DNA of 32,000 nucleotides from Psychrobacter sp. DM4. Lineage in GTDB: Bacteria; Pseudomonadota; Gammaproteobacteria; Pseudomonadales; Moraxellaceae. The notes under the pieces are model-generated. The model did not search any database, was not told where the DNA came from, and saw nothing but the letters and a program-made list of their open reading frames with translations. Where the stretch lies: positions 480,001-512,000 of the forward strand of contig NZ_CP195536.1 in the NCBI RefSeq assembly GCF_051307035.1, read 5' to 3'. Position 1 is the first letter of the stretch. Each line of letters begins with the position of its first letter. The position numbers were made by a program, and so were the translations under genes. Below are positions 17,491-26,137 of this stretch, one piece after another.

Positions 17491-18531
17491 TTAAGGTGAT
17501 GGATTAGGCTGCTGCATATGGACGGCTTCAATGGCTTCTAGTACCTCTTCACTTAAGGCCAGATCGATGCTATCGATATTAGATTGAAGCTGTTCGATAC
17601 TGGTTGCGCCGATGATATTACTGGTGACAAATGAGCGCGAATTGACAAACGCGAGTGACATCTGCGCCATATCTAGTCCTGCGTCAGCGGCTATCTTGGC
17701 GTATTGCTCAGTTGCTGATAGTGCTTGCTCATTGACGTAACGATCAAAACGATCATATTTCGTCAATCGTGCGCCCTTTGGACGTTTACCATCTAAGTAT
17801 TTACCAGATAACACGCCAAAACCCAGCGGCGAGTAGGCAAGTAAACCAACGTTTTCGCGATGAGCCATCTCCGCCATGCCAACTTCATACAAGCGGTTGA
17901 GCAGACTATAAGGGTTTTGTACCGTAATAGGCGCGATCAAACCATGTTTGTCCGCCTCCCATAGATAGCGCATCAGTCCCCAAGCGGTATCATTAGACAA
18001 GCCGTACGCACGAATGCGACCTTTTTTGATCTCATCGTTTAGCGCTTGAATCGTCTCTAAAAACGGCGTCAAATCCTCTAATGACTGCGCTGCCATATCC
18101 TCAGTATAACCACGCTGACCAAAAAAGTTCGTCTGCCGCTCTGGCCAATGTAATTGATATACATCGATATAGTCCGTTTGCAAACGTTCAAGATTGCCGT
18201 CGATAGCTTGACTGATGTGCTCAGCATTGAAACGGCTGTTACCATCACGCAAAAAACTCATTGGCGACATTTTGCTTGCGAGTATAACTTGATCCCGTTG
18301 CTTAGTCTTAGCAAACCATGTACCCATGTGCCGCTCGGTGTCGCCTTGCTTGTCTTTATCGGGCGGAGAGGGGTACATCTCGGCGGTATCCCAAAAGTTG
18401 ACGCCAGCGTCTAGCGCCACATCCATCTGTGCATGGGCCTCGCTCTCGTCATTTTGTTGTCCCCATGTCATCGTACCTAGACAAATTTTCGATACTTTTT
18501 CATTAATTTGCGGTAGTGTTTCGTATTTCAT
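17491..18531 (-). CDS. tas: NADP(H)-dependent aldo/keto reductase, Tas-like
   Basis: At 346 aa the protein matches the length of E. coli Tas and is collinear with it as I recall it (LGTMT.G.QN.E.EAHAQ; LQTDY.D.YQ.HWP; QNPYSLLNR; EAVH). An SD (AGGAT) is present. Confidence 0.8.
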   Translation of the reverse strand: MKYETLPQINEKVSKICLGTMTWGQQNDESEAHAQMDVALDAGVNFWDTAEMYPSPPDKDKQGDTERHMGTWFAKTKQRDQVILASKMSPMSFLRDGNSRFNAEHISQAIDGNLERLQTDYIDVYQLHWPERQTNFFGQRGYTEDMAAQSLEDLTPFLETIQALNDEIKKGRIRAYGLSNDTAWGLMRYLWEADKHGLIAPITVQNPYSLLNRLYEVGMAEMAHRENVGLLAYSPLGFGVLSGKYLDGKRPKGARLTKYDRFDRYVNEQALSATEQYAKIAADAGLDMAQMSLAFVNSRSFVTSNIIGATSIEQLQSNIDSIDLALSEEVLEAIEAVHMQQPNPSP

Positions 18532-18552
18532 TTTATTATCCTATGTATTGTT

Positions 18553-19050
18553 TTAGATGAGCTGCACGCCAGTAACCCCAGGCGGGGTCACTTTGAATAT
18601 TTTGACTTTAAAGAGTACGGCTTGACCGGCCAGCGGATGATTAAAATCCACTTCGACCTCATCGTCGTCAATGGCACTAATCGTACCGGGCAAAGTGTTT
18701 TTGCCTTTATCCTCAAACTCGACCATCATACCAATCTCAGGATTGTCAGCGATGAGCGCAAATTGCGTACGGCTAAAGGTCTGAATGTTCTCAGGGTTCC
18801 AGTCTCCAAAGGCCTGCTCAGGATCAAGATGTGCGCTACGGGTATCGCCTGCACGCAGATTCATTAGCACCTGCTCAAAGCCGGGTAGCAGACTTTCATC
18901 ACCGATGGTTAGCGTGACAGGCGCATCACGACTAAAGGTCGAGTCTATCATCGTGCCGTTCTCTAGAGAAACTTCAAAGTGTAGTTTTACGCTACTGCCG
19001 TAAGCGATACGCGTATCTTCATTAGGATTGATAAATTGAGGATCGGTCAT
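18553..19050 (-). CDS. fkpB: FKBP-type peptidyl-prolyl cis-trans isomerase (SlpA/FkpB type)
   Basis: The protein is collinear with E. coli FkpB, including VDFNHPLAGQ and the IF-domain insert. I place the start at the ATG at 19050; the track start at 19083 is TTG and adds a hydrophobic peptide. The gene lies 21 nt upstream of tas on the same strand. Confidence 0.82.
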   Translation of the reverse strand: MTDPQFINPNEDTRIAYGSSVKLHFEVSLENGTMIDSTFSRDAPVTLTIGDESLLPGFEQVLMNLRAGDTRSAHLDPEQAFGDWNPENIQTFSRTQFALIADNPEIGMMVEFEDKGKNTLPGTISAIDDDEVEVDFNHPLAGQAVLFKVKIFKVTPPGVTGVQLI

Positions 19051-19153
19051 AGTCAAAAGCCATTTAATGATAAAGAAAAGCAATGCATCAAATGATAAGG
19101 TAAATAATAGGGGATGTAAGCGCCAATAATGTAACGTAAATGCGGTACTATAA

Positions 19154-19181
19154 ATAAGGTGCTAAAAATAAGGTGCTAAAA
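19154..19181. repeat. perfect 14-bp tandem duplication (ATAAGGTGCTAAAA x2)
   Basis: Read directly: 19154-19167 is identical to 19168-19181. It lies 31 nt upstream of the CSD-DUF1294 start codon, in the spacer shared with divergent fkpB. Confidence 0.9.
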
Positions 19182-19211
19182 TTTTGAATCTATAAGCGAG
19201 CACAGATAGCG

Positions 19212-19877
19212 ATGGCAAACAAACAGCAAGGCACGCTTATACAAGGCGTCGTACAAAAATGGCATGATGACAAAGGTTTTGGATTTATCAAAAGCGCTGC
19301 TGGTGAATCGGTATTTTTTCACGTCAGTGAGTTTAAAGCGCCGCGCCGCCCCGAAATTGGCGAACAAGTCGTCTTTACGCTTGGCCAAGATAATCAAGGT
19401 CGATTGCAGGCCAAGCACGTACAAGAGCTGAGCTTTGTACAACAAAAAATGGCGAATAAGAACCGTCAAATTCGCAAGCGCAATCAGAAGCGCAGCGCTC
19501 AAGCCGACTTTGAAGAGGGACAAAAAAAGCGTCTATTCCTTGGTATAGGCTTCTATGGCGTACTGGTGCTACTCGCATTTACAGGTGAGATCAGCTGGCT
19601 GGTTGTTGGCTGGTATATAGCTTTGGGAATCATCACGTATATGATATATGCCAAAGACAAAGCCGCCGCGCAAAATAATGAGTGGCGCACGCCTGAGATG
19701 ACCTTGCATATTTTGAGCGCGCTTGGCGGTTGGGTAGGCGCGCTGGTTGCACAGACCTATCTGCGTCACAAGTCACAAAAGCCTGAATTTCGAATGGCGT
19801 ATTATTTGACCATCGTCATTAACTTGGCAGGATTATTATTTGTGATGGCGGGTGAGGGTTTGGAAGGGTTGTTGTAG
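19212..19877 (+). CDS. cold-shock-domain protein fused to a DUF1294-type membrane domain
   Basis: The N-terminal CSD has an RNP1-like KGFGFI and an RNP2-like VFFHVS. A basic linker (KNRQIRKRNQKRS) follows, then hydrophobic helices (LFLGIGFYGVLVLLAF, WLVVGWYIALGIITYMIY, LSALGGWVGALVAQ, YYLTIVINLAGLLFVMA) with the WRTPE..L motif typical of DUF1294. Confidence 0.8.
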   Translation: MANKQQGTLIQGVVQKWHDDKGFGFIKSAAGESVFFHVSEFKAPRRPEIGEQVVFTLGQDNQGRLQAKHVQELSFVQQKMANKNRQIRKRNQKRSAQADFEEGQKKRLFLGIGFYGVLVLLAFTGEISWLVVGWYIALGIITYMIYAKDKAAAQNNEWRTPEMTLHILSALGGWVGALVAQTYLRHKSQKPEFRMAYYLTIVINLAGLLFVMAGEGLEGLL

Positions 19878-19900
19878 ATTTTTTAATAAAGGCACTAACT

Positions 19901-20401
19901 ATGTATACTTTTGAACAAGTTCTATCTTTGATGGAAGGTAGCTATGATAAAGTCTGCTGTCGAAAGCGAGTAGGTTATTATCATAGCTTTGCTATAGATT
20001 TTGGCCCAAAAATTTATCATAATCAAAAACGAAATGTGGATCTCTTTTATGGTGAATGGCAATTTCGTACTTATAATCGAATGTGGAAGATTTTAAAAGA
20101 TGGACAATTAATTTTAGAAGGTCAAAATAATACCTGTAGTAATGACGATTTGGATGACGAATTACAGCGGATTGAATTTGGTCGATTGATGAATATTTTA
20201 ATAAACAATGATAATGGTTTGGTTTTAGAACTAGATAATGGTTTATCGATTGGATTTATTAGTGATCAAAAAGAGGAGGAGGTCTGTACGATTTTTCTTC
20301 CTAAGAATAGATGCCTTGTCTTTAACAACGATCTAAGCTGGGAGTATGGTAGAGGAGATTTGGGATGGCCAAATTATCTTGAACTTGACTACGAAGAGTA
20401 A
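19901..20401 (+). CDS. hypothetical acidic cytoplasmic protein (166 aa), compositionally atypical
   Basis: The ORF is intact and lies 23 nt after the CSD-DUF1294 stop, with a weak SD (AAGG). I see no TM segment, signal peptide or recognisable catalytic motif. Hand-counted GC of three 60-nt lines is about 27-38%, against about 43-57% in flanking genes. Confidence 0.55.
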   Translation: MYTFEQVLSLMEGSYDKVCCRKRVGYYHSFAIDFGPKIYHNQKRNVDLFYGEWQFRTYNRMWKILKDGQLILEGQNNTCSNDDLDDELQRIEFGRLMNILINNDNGLVLELDNGLSIGFISDQKEEEVCTIFLPKNRCLVFNNDLSWEYGRGDLGWPNYLELDYEE

Positions 20402-20452
20402 TAATTAATAGAAGAAAAGTTTCAATTCATTAATTTATATTAAATCATAATC

Positions 20453-20483
20453 AAAAAAAGAGCTCACACCAAAGTGAACCCCC
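20453..20483 (-). terminator. rho-independent terminator of the ileS-lspA transcript
   Basis: On the minus strand GGGTTCAC-TTTGGT-GTGAGCTC forms 8 pairs including 2 G-U, followed by TTTTTTT. On the plus strand the wobble pairs become A-C mismatches, so it works better for the minus strand. Confidence 0.6.
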
Positions 20484-20516
20484 TTTTTCATAAATCTTAA
20501 ATGATGGTGTCGAAAG

Positions 20517-21152
20517 CTAAGCCTTAGATTTACCTTCCCGTCTACCTTCAAAGAATAGCATATCGATGACAATCATCGCCACACCGATACTAATACCCAT
20601 ATCGGCGATATTAAAGATCGGATAATGCCAGACATCGGCATTATGTACGTGGATGAAATCGATGACATGACCATGTAGTAAGCGATCAATCAGATTACCG
20701 ATAGCGCCGCCGAGCACTAAGGCGAGACCCGTCGATAGCAGCTTGGCGTTTCTTGGCGCTTTGATGAGATAGACGATTAAGACCATCGATATGATCAATG
20801 CAAGCCCAGAGAAAAACCACTTTTGCCAGCCGCCGGCATCTGCTAAGAAGCTAAAGGCTGCGCCATAATTATAGGCCAAAGTCCAATTCAAAAACGGTTC
20901 GATGACGGGTACAGGATCGTTAAATACTAGTCGAGTCTCAGCCAACCATTTAGTCCATTGATCAAAGCCAATGACAACTAGCGATAATAGATACCAGATG
21001 AACGCTCGGCTACCGTTAGCGACGATCTTGGGCGTTTTATTTAACCGGCCCATAGGTGTCACCGAACTGCCAGTGGTGATATGTACCGGTTTTGGTAATT
21101 CATCGATTGGGGTCGGCGTTTGTTGCTTGGAGGAGTCAGGGGTGTTAAGCAT
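20517..21152 (-). CDS. lspA: lipoprotein signal peptidase (signal peptidase II)
   Basis: [30 protein letters not shown] and [11 protein letters not shown] match E. coli LspA. I place the start at the ATG at 21152, which overlaps the ileS stop (ATGCTTAA). An internal Met (MGRLNK, start near 21053) is an alternative. The hydrophilic N-terminal extension of about 40-50 aa is not seen in E. coli LspA. Confidence 0.88.
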   Translation of the reverse strand: MLNTPDSSKQQTPTPIDELPKPVHITTGSSVTPMGRLNKTPKIVANGSRAFIWYLLSLVVIGFDQWTKWLAETRLVFNDPVPVIEPFLNWTLAYNYGAAFSFLADAGGWQKWFFSGLALIISMVLIVYLIKAPRNAKLLSTGLALVLGGAIGNLIDRLLHGHVIDFIHVHNADVWHYPIFNIADMGISIGVAMIVIDMLFFEGRREGKSKA

Positions 21153-24012
21153 AGTGACGCACCTCGCCCACGCCTGCGACATTAGTCACGCAGCGCGCAC
21201 AAAGCTCTGGATGCGCAGGATCGGTGCCAATGTCGTCACGGATGTGCCAGCAGCGTACGCATTTAGTACCTGTAGCCGCACGAATATCAACTTTGAGACT
21301 CGTTGCCGCGTCGCTATTGTCTCCAACATCAGCAGATGACTTTTCAGTAGATGAATTGCCAGCGGGCGCATCACCTAACGGTGCAAGAGTGGCTTTACTG
21401 GTAATCAACACAAAACGCAGCTCCGCGCCAAGTTTGGCTAAGCTATCATGCATCTCGCCCTCTGCATAGAGCGTGGCATCGGCAGATAAGTTAGCATTGA
21501 TGATTTTGTCACCGCGTGCGGTTTCGATGTTTTTATTGACGATATCTTTGGCGCGCATGATGTTTTGCCAGTCCTTGGAGCTGATAGCGCTCAGCTCCAG
21601 CTCTGGGAACTCGTACCACTCTTGGGTAAATACATAGCCGGCGTCACTGCCGTTTTTACCGTGCAATACCTCCCATGCTTCTTGTGCGGTGAACGATAAA
21701 ATCGGCGTAATCCAGCGAATTAGCGCTTGGACAATATGATAAATCGCCGTTTGCGCTGAGCGCCGCGGTTGACCATCCGTTTGGGTGGTGTACTGACGAT
21801 CTTTGATAATATCTAAATAAAAGCTGCCCAAGTCCTGCGAGCAAAACGCTGCAATATGCTGAGTGACTTGGTGAAAGTCCATCGCATCATAGGCACTAAC
21901 GATCTGTGCTTGTACGGTTTGAGTGCGCTCGAGGATAAACTTATCAAGACTGACTAATTCATCGATATCCACGCTATTGGTTTCAGGATCAAAATCATCG
22001 GTATTAGCAAGTAAAAAACGCAAGGTGTTACGAATACGGCGATACATATCGATCGCGCCTTTAAACACCGTTTTGCCCGCGCTCATCTCGTAACGATAAT
22101 CGCTTGATGCAATCCACAAACGCAGCATATCCGCGCCCGTTTTATTGATCTCATCTTGCGGCGTGATGATGTTGCCGAGTGATTTACTCATTTTTCGGCC
22201 ATTTTCATCGACGACAAAACCATGAGTTAATACTTGCTTAAATGGTGGGCGCTCGTACATGGCTTCAGACGTTAATAGTGACGTTTGAAACCAACCGCGA
22301 TGTTGGTCAGAGCCTTCTAGGTACATATCAGCAGGGTTGGTCAACTCCTCGCGCTGCTCGAGAACGGTAAAGTGCGTCGTCCCTGAATCAAACCAGACAT
22401 CCAAGGTATCGGTAGATTTATCATAATTATCTGCCTCATCGCCTAGATAATCCTCACAACTGGCATCGAACCAAGCTTCAACGCCGCCTTTATCAATTTT
22501 TTGCGCGGCGATTTCCATCAGCTCTAATGTATTAGGGTGTAGCTCGCCTGTTTCTTTATGGGTGAAAAAGGCAATTGGCACGCCCCATGTACGCTGACGC
22601 GAGATACACCAATCTGGGCGACCGGTCATCATAGACTCGATACGGTTTTGTCCCCATGCTGGCGTCCATTGTACTTGTGGAATATCTTTTAGTGCACGCT
22701 CGCGTAACCCCTTTTCTTCCATACTGATAAACCACTGCGGCGTGGCGCGAAAGATAATCGGCGACTTATGACGCCAGCAGTGCGGGTAGCTGTGCTCAAT
22801 TTTGGTATGACTAACCAAGTGACCATTGTCATGGAGGGCAGCGATGATCTTGGGATTGGCTTTATAGATATGTTCGCCTGCAAATACCGCCGCACTCTCT
22901 AAATAGACGCCTGTGCCGCTTACTGGGTTTTCAACGGGCAGATTATATTTAAGACCGACAATATAATCGTCAAGACCGTGACCAGGTGCGGTATGTACAA
23001 GACCCGTACCGCTATCGGTGGTTACGTGATCGCCTAAGATGAGCGGTACTTGACGGTCTTCAATTAGAGGATGCTGAGCCGTTAGGTTTTCAAGCTCACG
23101 TCCTGATACCGTTGCTAATATCCCTTTATTGTCGAGTTTCAGCTCAGTTACAGCGGTTTCAATGAGGTCAGTCGCTAATAAGAAATTACCTTTGTCAGTT
23201 GCGACCACACTATAGTCATGCTCAGGATGTACCGAGATCGCTTGGTTAGCAGGTAGCGTCCAAGGCGTCGTCGTCCAAATGACCGCAGCGATACTGCCGT
23301 CGATCTCGCTCAACGCCGCAACCTTTTCGGTATCTAATACATCAAAGCTGACGTAGATGGCATCAGAGACTTTGTCTTGGTATTCCACTTCGGCTTCTGC
23401 TAGAGCAGAGCTACAGTCCAAGCACCAATTGACAGGCTTCATACCGCGAGTGACATGACCATTGTCGTGGATTTTGGCAAGGGCGCGGACGATGTTAGCT
23501 TCTTGCGCAAAGTTCATCGTTAGATAAGGATTGTCCCAATCACCAAATATACCTAAGCGCTTAAAGTCAGTCTTTTGTAACTCAATCTGGGTAGCTGCAT
23601 ACTCACGGCAAAGACCACGAAACTCAGTGGCGGAAACCTTTTGACCTACTTTGCCGACCTTGGCTTCGACCTTTTGCTCGATAGGCAGACCATGACAGTC
23701 CCAACCGGGCACATAAGGCGCATCAAATCCTGACAAGGTCTTGGATTTGACTATCATGTCTTTGAGCACTTTATTGACCGCGTGACCTAAGTGAATCTGA
23801 CCATTGGCGTATGGAGGACCATCGTGCAAAATATATTTGGTCGCACCTGTACGCGCCTTGCGAATTTTGCCGTACACGTCGTCAGTTTCCCACGCCGCCA
23901 GCCAATCTGGCTCACGTTTGGCAAGGTTAGCGCGCATCGCAAAGGGCGTGTCGGCGAGGTTTAGCGTATCTTTGTAGTCGTGAAGAGGTTTATCATTAAC
24001 GTTGTCAGTCAT
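21145..24012 (-). CDS. ileS: isoleucine--tRNA ligase
   Basis: This is a class I aaRS with the HIGH-type motif ([11 protein letters not shown]) and KMSKS. A CP1 editing domain and the C-terminal zinc knuckles CVRCWH...CARC are present. At 955 aa it is a typical size. Confidence 0.97.
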   Translation of the reverse strand: MTDNVNDKPLHDYKDTLNLADTPFAMRANLAKREPDWLAAWETDDVYGKIRKARTGATKYILHDGPPYANGQIHLGHAVNKVLKDMIVKSKTLSGFDAPYVPGWDCHGLPIEQKVEAKVGKVGQKVSATEFRGLCREYAATQIELQKTDFKRLGIFGDWDNPYLTMNFAQEANIVRALAKIHDNGHVTRGMKPVNWCLDCSSALAEAEVEYQDKVSDAIYVSFDVLDTEKVAALSEIDGSIAAVIWTTTPWTLPANQAISVHPEHDYSVVATDKGNFLLATDLIETAVTELKLDNKGILATVSGRELENLTAQHPLIEDRQVPLILGDHVTTDSGTGLVHTAPGHGLDDYIVGLKYNLPVENPVSGTGVYLESAAVFAGEHIYKANPKIIAALHDNGHLVSHTKIEHSYPHCWRHKSPIIFRATPQWFISMEEKGLRERALKDIPQVQWTPAWGQNRIESMMTGRPDWCISRQRTWGVPIAFFTHKETGELHPNTLELMEIAAQKIDKGGVEAWFDASCEDYLGDEADNYDKSTDTLDVWFDSGTTHFTVLEQREELTNPADMYLEGSDQHRGWFQTSLLTSEAMYERPPFKQVLTHGFVVDENGRKMSKSLGNIITPQDEINKTGADMLRLWIASSDYRYEMSAGKTVFKGAIDMYRRIRNTLRFLLANTDDFDPETNSVDIDELVSLDKFILERTQTVQAQIVSAYDAMDFHQVTQHIAAFCSQDLGSFYLDIIKDRQYTTQTDGQPRRSAQTAIYHIVQALIRWITPILSFTAQEAWEVLHGKNGSDAGYVFTQEWYEFPELELSAISSKDWQNIMRAKDIVNKNIETARGDKIINANLSADATLYAEGEMHDSLAKLGAELRFVLITSKATLAPLGDAPAGNSSTEKSSADVGDNSDAATSLKVDIRAATGTKCVRCWHIRDDIGTDPAHPELCARCVTNVAGVGEVRHYA

Positions 24013-24347
24013 AAGAAAAGGTCTTTTTTTGATATAAAATTGAGTGGCGCGATAGAGGGTTATGTTGTATAGCCAAAAAGTTAGTAGTCAAACGTACGCT
24101 CGTTATTCTAGAACGCGACTCGTCATCATAGGCATAGCGCACACAGTATATAAGATTTGCATGATAATAGGCATTTTAAGCGTCATCCATTATATGACAA
24201 AAAAGATAGGGTAAAAAGGGCTCTATAGCTCGCTTATCATTTTAGTTGCGTCAAAGCCATAATGGGTGTACAACTGTACTTAATTGGCGTCTATTTGAAC
24301 TGAATAGATCCGAATTAAAATAATCACAAAAATGACAAGGATATGTT

Positions 24348-25463
24348 ATGAAGATAGGAATTCCAAAAGAGGTAAAAAACAACGAGAATCGTGTTGGTCT
24401 ACCACCGAACGGTGTTAGTGCTCTTGTCGATAATGGTCACACGGTCTATGTCGAGACTGATGCAGGTATCGGCTCACAGTTCACAGACGACGACTACGCA
24501 AATGCGGGCGCAACCATCGTCGATAGTGCAGCAAAGGCATGGGACGCTGAGATGGTCATCAAAGTCAAAGAGCCGCAGTCTGAGGAATATGAGTTCTTCA
24601 CAGAAGGATTGACCTTATTTACGTACTTACATCTGGCCGCTGAACCTAAGCTTGCCAAAGCATTAGTCGATAAAAAAGTCATGGGCATCGCTTACGAGAC
24701 GGTACAGCTGATAGATAATTCATTACCGCTTTTGACACCGATGAGTGAGGTTGCAGGACGGATGAGCACTCAGATCGGCGCGCAGTTTTTGCAAAGCTTT
24801 TATGGGGGTAAAGGTATTTTGCTTGGCGGTATTCCTGGGGTCAAAAAAGCCAAAGTGACGATAATCGGTGGCGGTATCGCAGGCACGGAGGCTACCAAAG
24901 TCGCTATCGGCTTAGGAGCGGATGTCACGATTTTGGACTTAGACTCAAAACGATTGAAGCAATTATCCGAGATGTTCGGTAACGATGTGCAGACGCTGAT
25001 GTCCACAAAACTTAATATCGCTAACAGCGTTAAAGAGAGTGATCTGGTCATCGGTGCCGTATTGATTCCGGGGGCAGCAGCGCCAAAACTGGTTAGTGAA
25101 GAGATGATTGAATCAATGAATGATGGCGGCGTCGTTGTCGATATTGCCATTGATCAAGGCGGTATATTTGCAACTACCGATCGAATTACCACTCACGACA
25201 ATCCCACTTACGTCAAACACGGTATCATTCATTATAGCGTCGCTAATATGCCAGGCGCGGTACCGCGCACATCGACACTGGCCTTGTCCAATGTCACTTT
25301 GCCATATGTACTGGCACTGGCCAAAAAGGGCTTTAAGCAAGCTTGTCATGACAACCCAGCACTCGCAAAAGGTGTCAATACGGTGCAAGGTCATATCACT
25401 TATAAAGCCGTCGCCGAGGCGCTAGGTTACGAGTATAAAGCGCTTGAGGAGCTGATGAGTTAA
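24348..25463 (+). CDS. ald: alanine dehydrogenase
   Basis: [17 protein letters not shown] is a canonical Ald N-terminus. The Rossmann motif [11 protein letters not shown] is present. The protein is 371 aa and the gene has an SD (AAGGA). Confidence 0.93.
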   Translation: MKIGIPKEVKNNENRVGLPPNGVSALVDNGHTVYVETDAGIGSQFTDDDYANAGATIVDSAAKAWDAEMVIKVKEPQSEEYEFFTEGLTLFTYLHLAAEPKLAKALVDKKVMGIAYETVQLIDNSLPLLTPMSEVAGRMSTQIGAQFLQSFYGGKGILLGGIPGVKKAKVTIIGGGIAGTEATKVAIGLGADVTILDLDSKRLKQLSEMFGNDVQTLMSTKLNIANSVKESDLVIGAVLIPGAAAPKLVSEEMIESMNDGGVVVDIAIDQGGIFATTDRITTHDNPTYVKHGIIHYSVANMPGAVPRTSTLALSNVTLPYVLALAKKGFKQACHDNPALAKGVNTVQGHITYKAVAEALGYEYKALEELMS

Positions 25464-26014
25464 GCGCTAACAACTGAGCTTAACCATAATCTCAACTTCA
25501 ATGACCATAGCGGCTGAATACCTGTCAGCCCTTGCGTCATCTCGCCGTCCTTTAAGATTACGTAGGACGGCGTCACTTGTCCTTGCCAATCAGCGAAGAT
25601 AGCGCCGTCTTCGTCGTTTACGATAGCAAAGCTATATTTTTTTTGCTGCATATAGCTCTGTAATTCTTGATTACTACCAGATTTAATCGCGATCGTCACG
25701 ATGGGATAGTTATTCTCTGCCGCCAGCTTATCGATAGTTGGAGAAGTAATGCTACATATCGAGCACCAGGTTCCCCAAAAGTATACGAGCGTCGGTTTAT
25801 CTTGACTCATCGCAGTTAAATTGACAGTTTGCCTTTGATAATCTACTAATTGCAATTGCGGGTTAGCAGGCATGATGGGTTGACGCCACCAGTTGACAGC
25901 GGTATAGATCACCGCAAATACGATGCTATATATCAGCACGGTTTTGAGTATCGATAACGCTTTTCTTTTAGATGTGAGCCTAGGTTTTGAGGCTTTGTTT
26001 GTATCGGTCATCAT
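25460..26014 (-). CDS. membrane-anchored thioredoxin-fold thiol:disulfide oxidoreductase (TlpA/ResA-like)
   Basis: An N-terminal TM anchor ([18 protein letters not shown]) is followed by the Trx-fold active site [11 protein letters not shown] (CxxC). I place the start at the tandem ATGs at 26014/26011. The track start at 26035 lies inside the upstream terminator. Confidence 0.75.
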   Translation of the reverse strand: MMTDTNKASKPRLTSKRKALSILKTVLIYSIVFAVIYTAVNWWRQPIMPANPQLQLVDYQRQTVNLTAMSQDKPTLVYFWGTWCSICSITSPTIDKLAAENNYPIVTIAIKSGSNQELQSYMQQKKYSFAIVNDEDGAIFADWQGQVTPSYVILKDGEMTQGLTGIQPLWSLKLRLWLSSVVSA

Positions 26015-26033
26015 GATGCCTGCTTTTTTACAC

Positions 26034-26066
26034 AAAAATAAACGGCTGAAATATCAGCCGTTTTTT
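26034..26066. terminator. rho-independent terminator (usable on both strands) downstream of the GNAT-nitrilase gene
   Basis: The stem pairs ACGGCTG (26042-26048) with CAGCCGT (26055-26061) around a 6-nt loop. It is flanked by AAAAATAA on the left and TTTTTT (26061-26066) on the right. Confidence 0.75.
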
Positions 26067-26078
26067 AGTACCTGTGTT

Positions 26079-26137
26079 TTAGAATATTTAGTGCTTAAAA
26101 TATTTAGTGCTTAAAATATTTAGTACTTAGAATTTTT
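26079..26137. repeat. 16-bp tandem repeat, 3 full copies plus 1 partial copy (TTARAATATTTAGTRC)
   Basis: The units are read directly at 26079-26094, 26095-26110 and 26111-26126, with a partial unit at 26127-26137. Each carries the 8-bp palindrome AAATATTT. The partial fourth unit contains the stop and last three codons of the GNAT-nitrilase gene. Confidence 0.9.

Noticed and set aside
19176-19523. 115-aa minus-strand ORF overlapping the start of the CSD-DUF1294 gene
   Set aside because: It is antisense to an ORF with clear cold-shock-domain motifs. Its own product has no motif, and its 3' end runs through the tandem repeat and promoter region.
19084-20516. The insertion between fkpB and lspA as a mobile element
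   Set aside because: I could find no transposase, integrase, tRNA target, or inverted or direct terminal repeats. Only the composition of one gene is atypical. I kept it as a synteny and composition finding, not as a mobile_element feature.
20971-21469. Plus-strand ORFs across the lspA/ileS junction (20971..21339, 21224..21469)
   Set aside because: They are antisense to two strongly supported essential genes and are shadow ORFs.
24391-25425. Several ORFs of 60-116 aa on both strands within ald
   Set aside because: The ald frame is canonical from the first to the last residue. The others are shadow ORFs with no start signals.
26079-26137. Possibility that the 16-bp repeats are a small CRISPR array
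   Set aside because: The units are directly contiguous with no spacers. They are only 16 bp long and AT-rich, and no cas genes are present. This is a simple tandem repeat.
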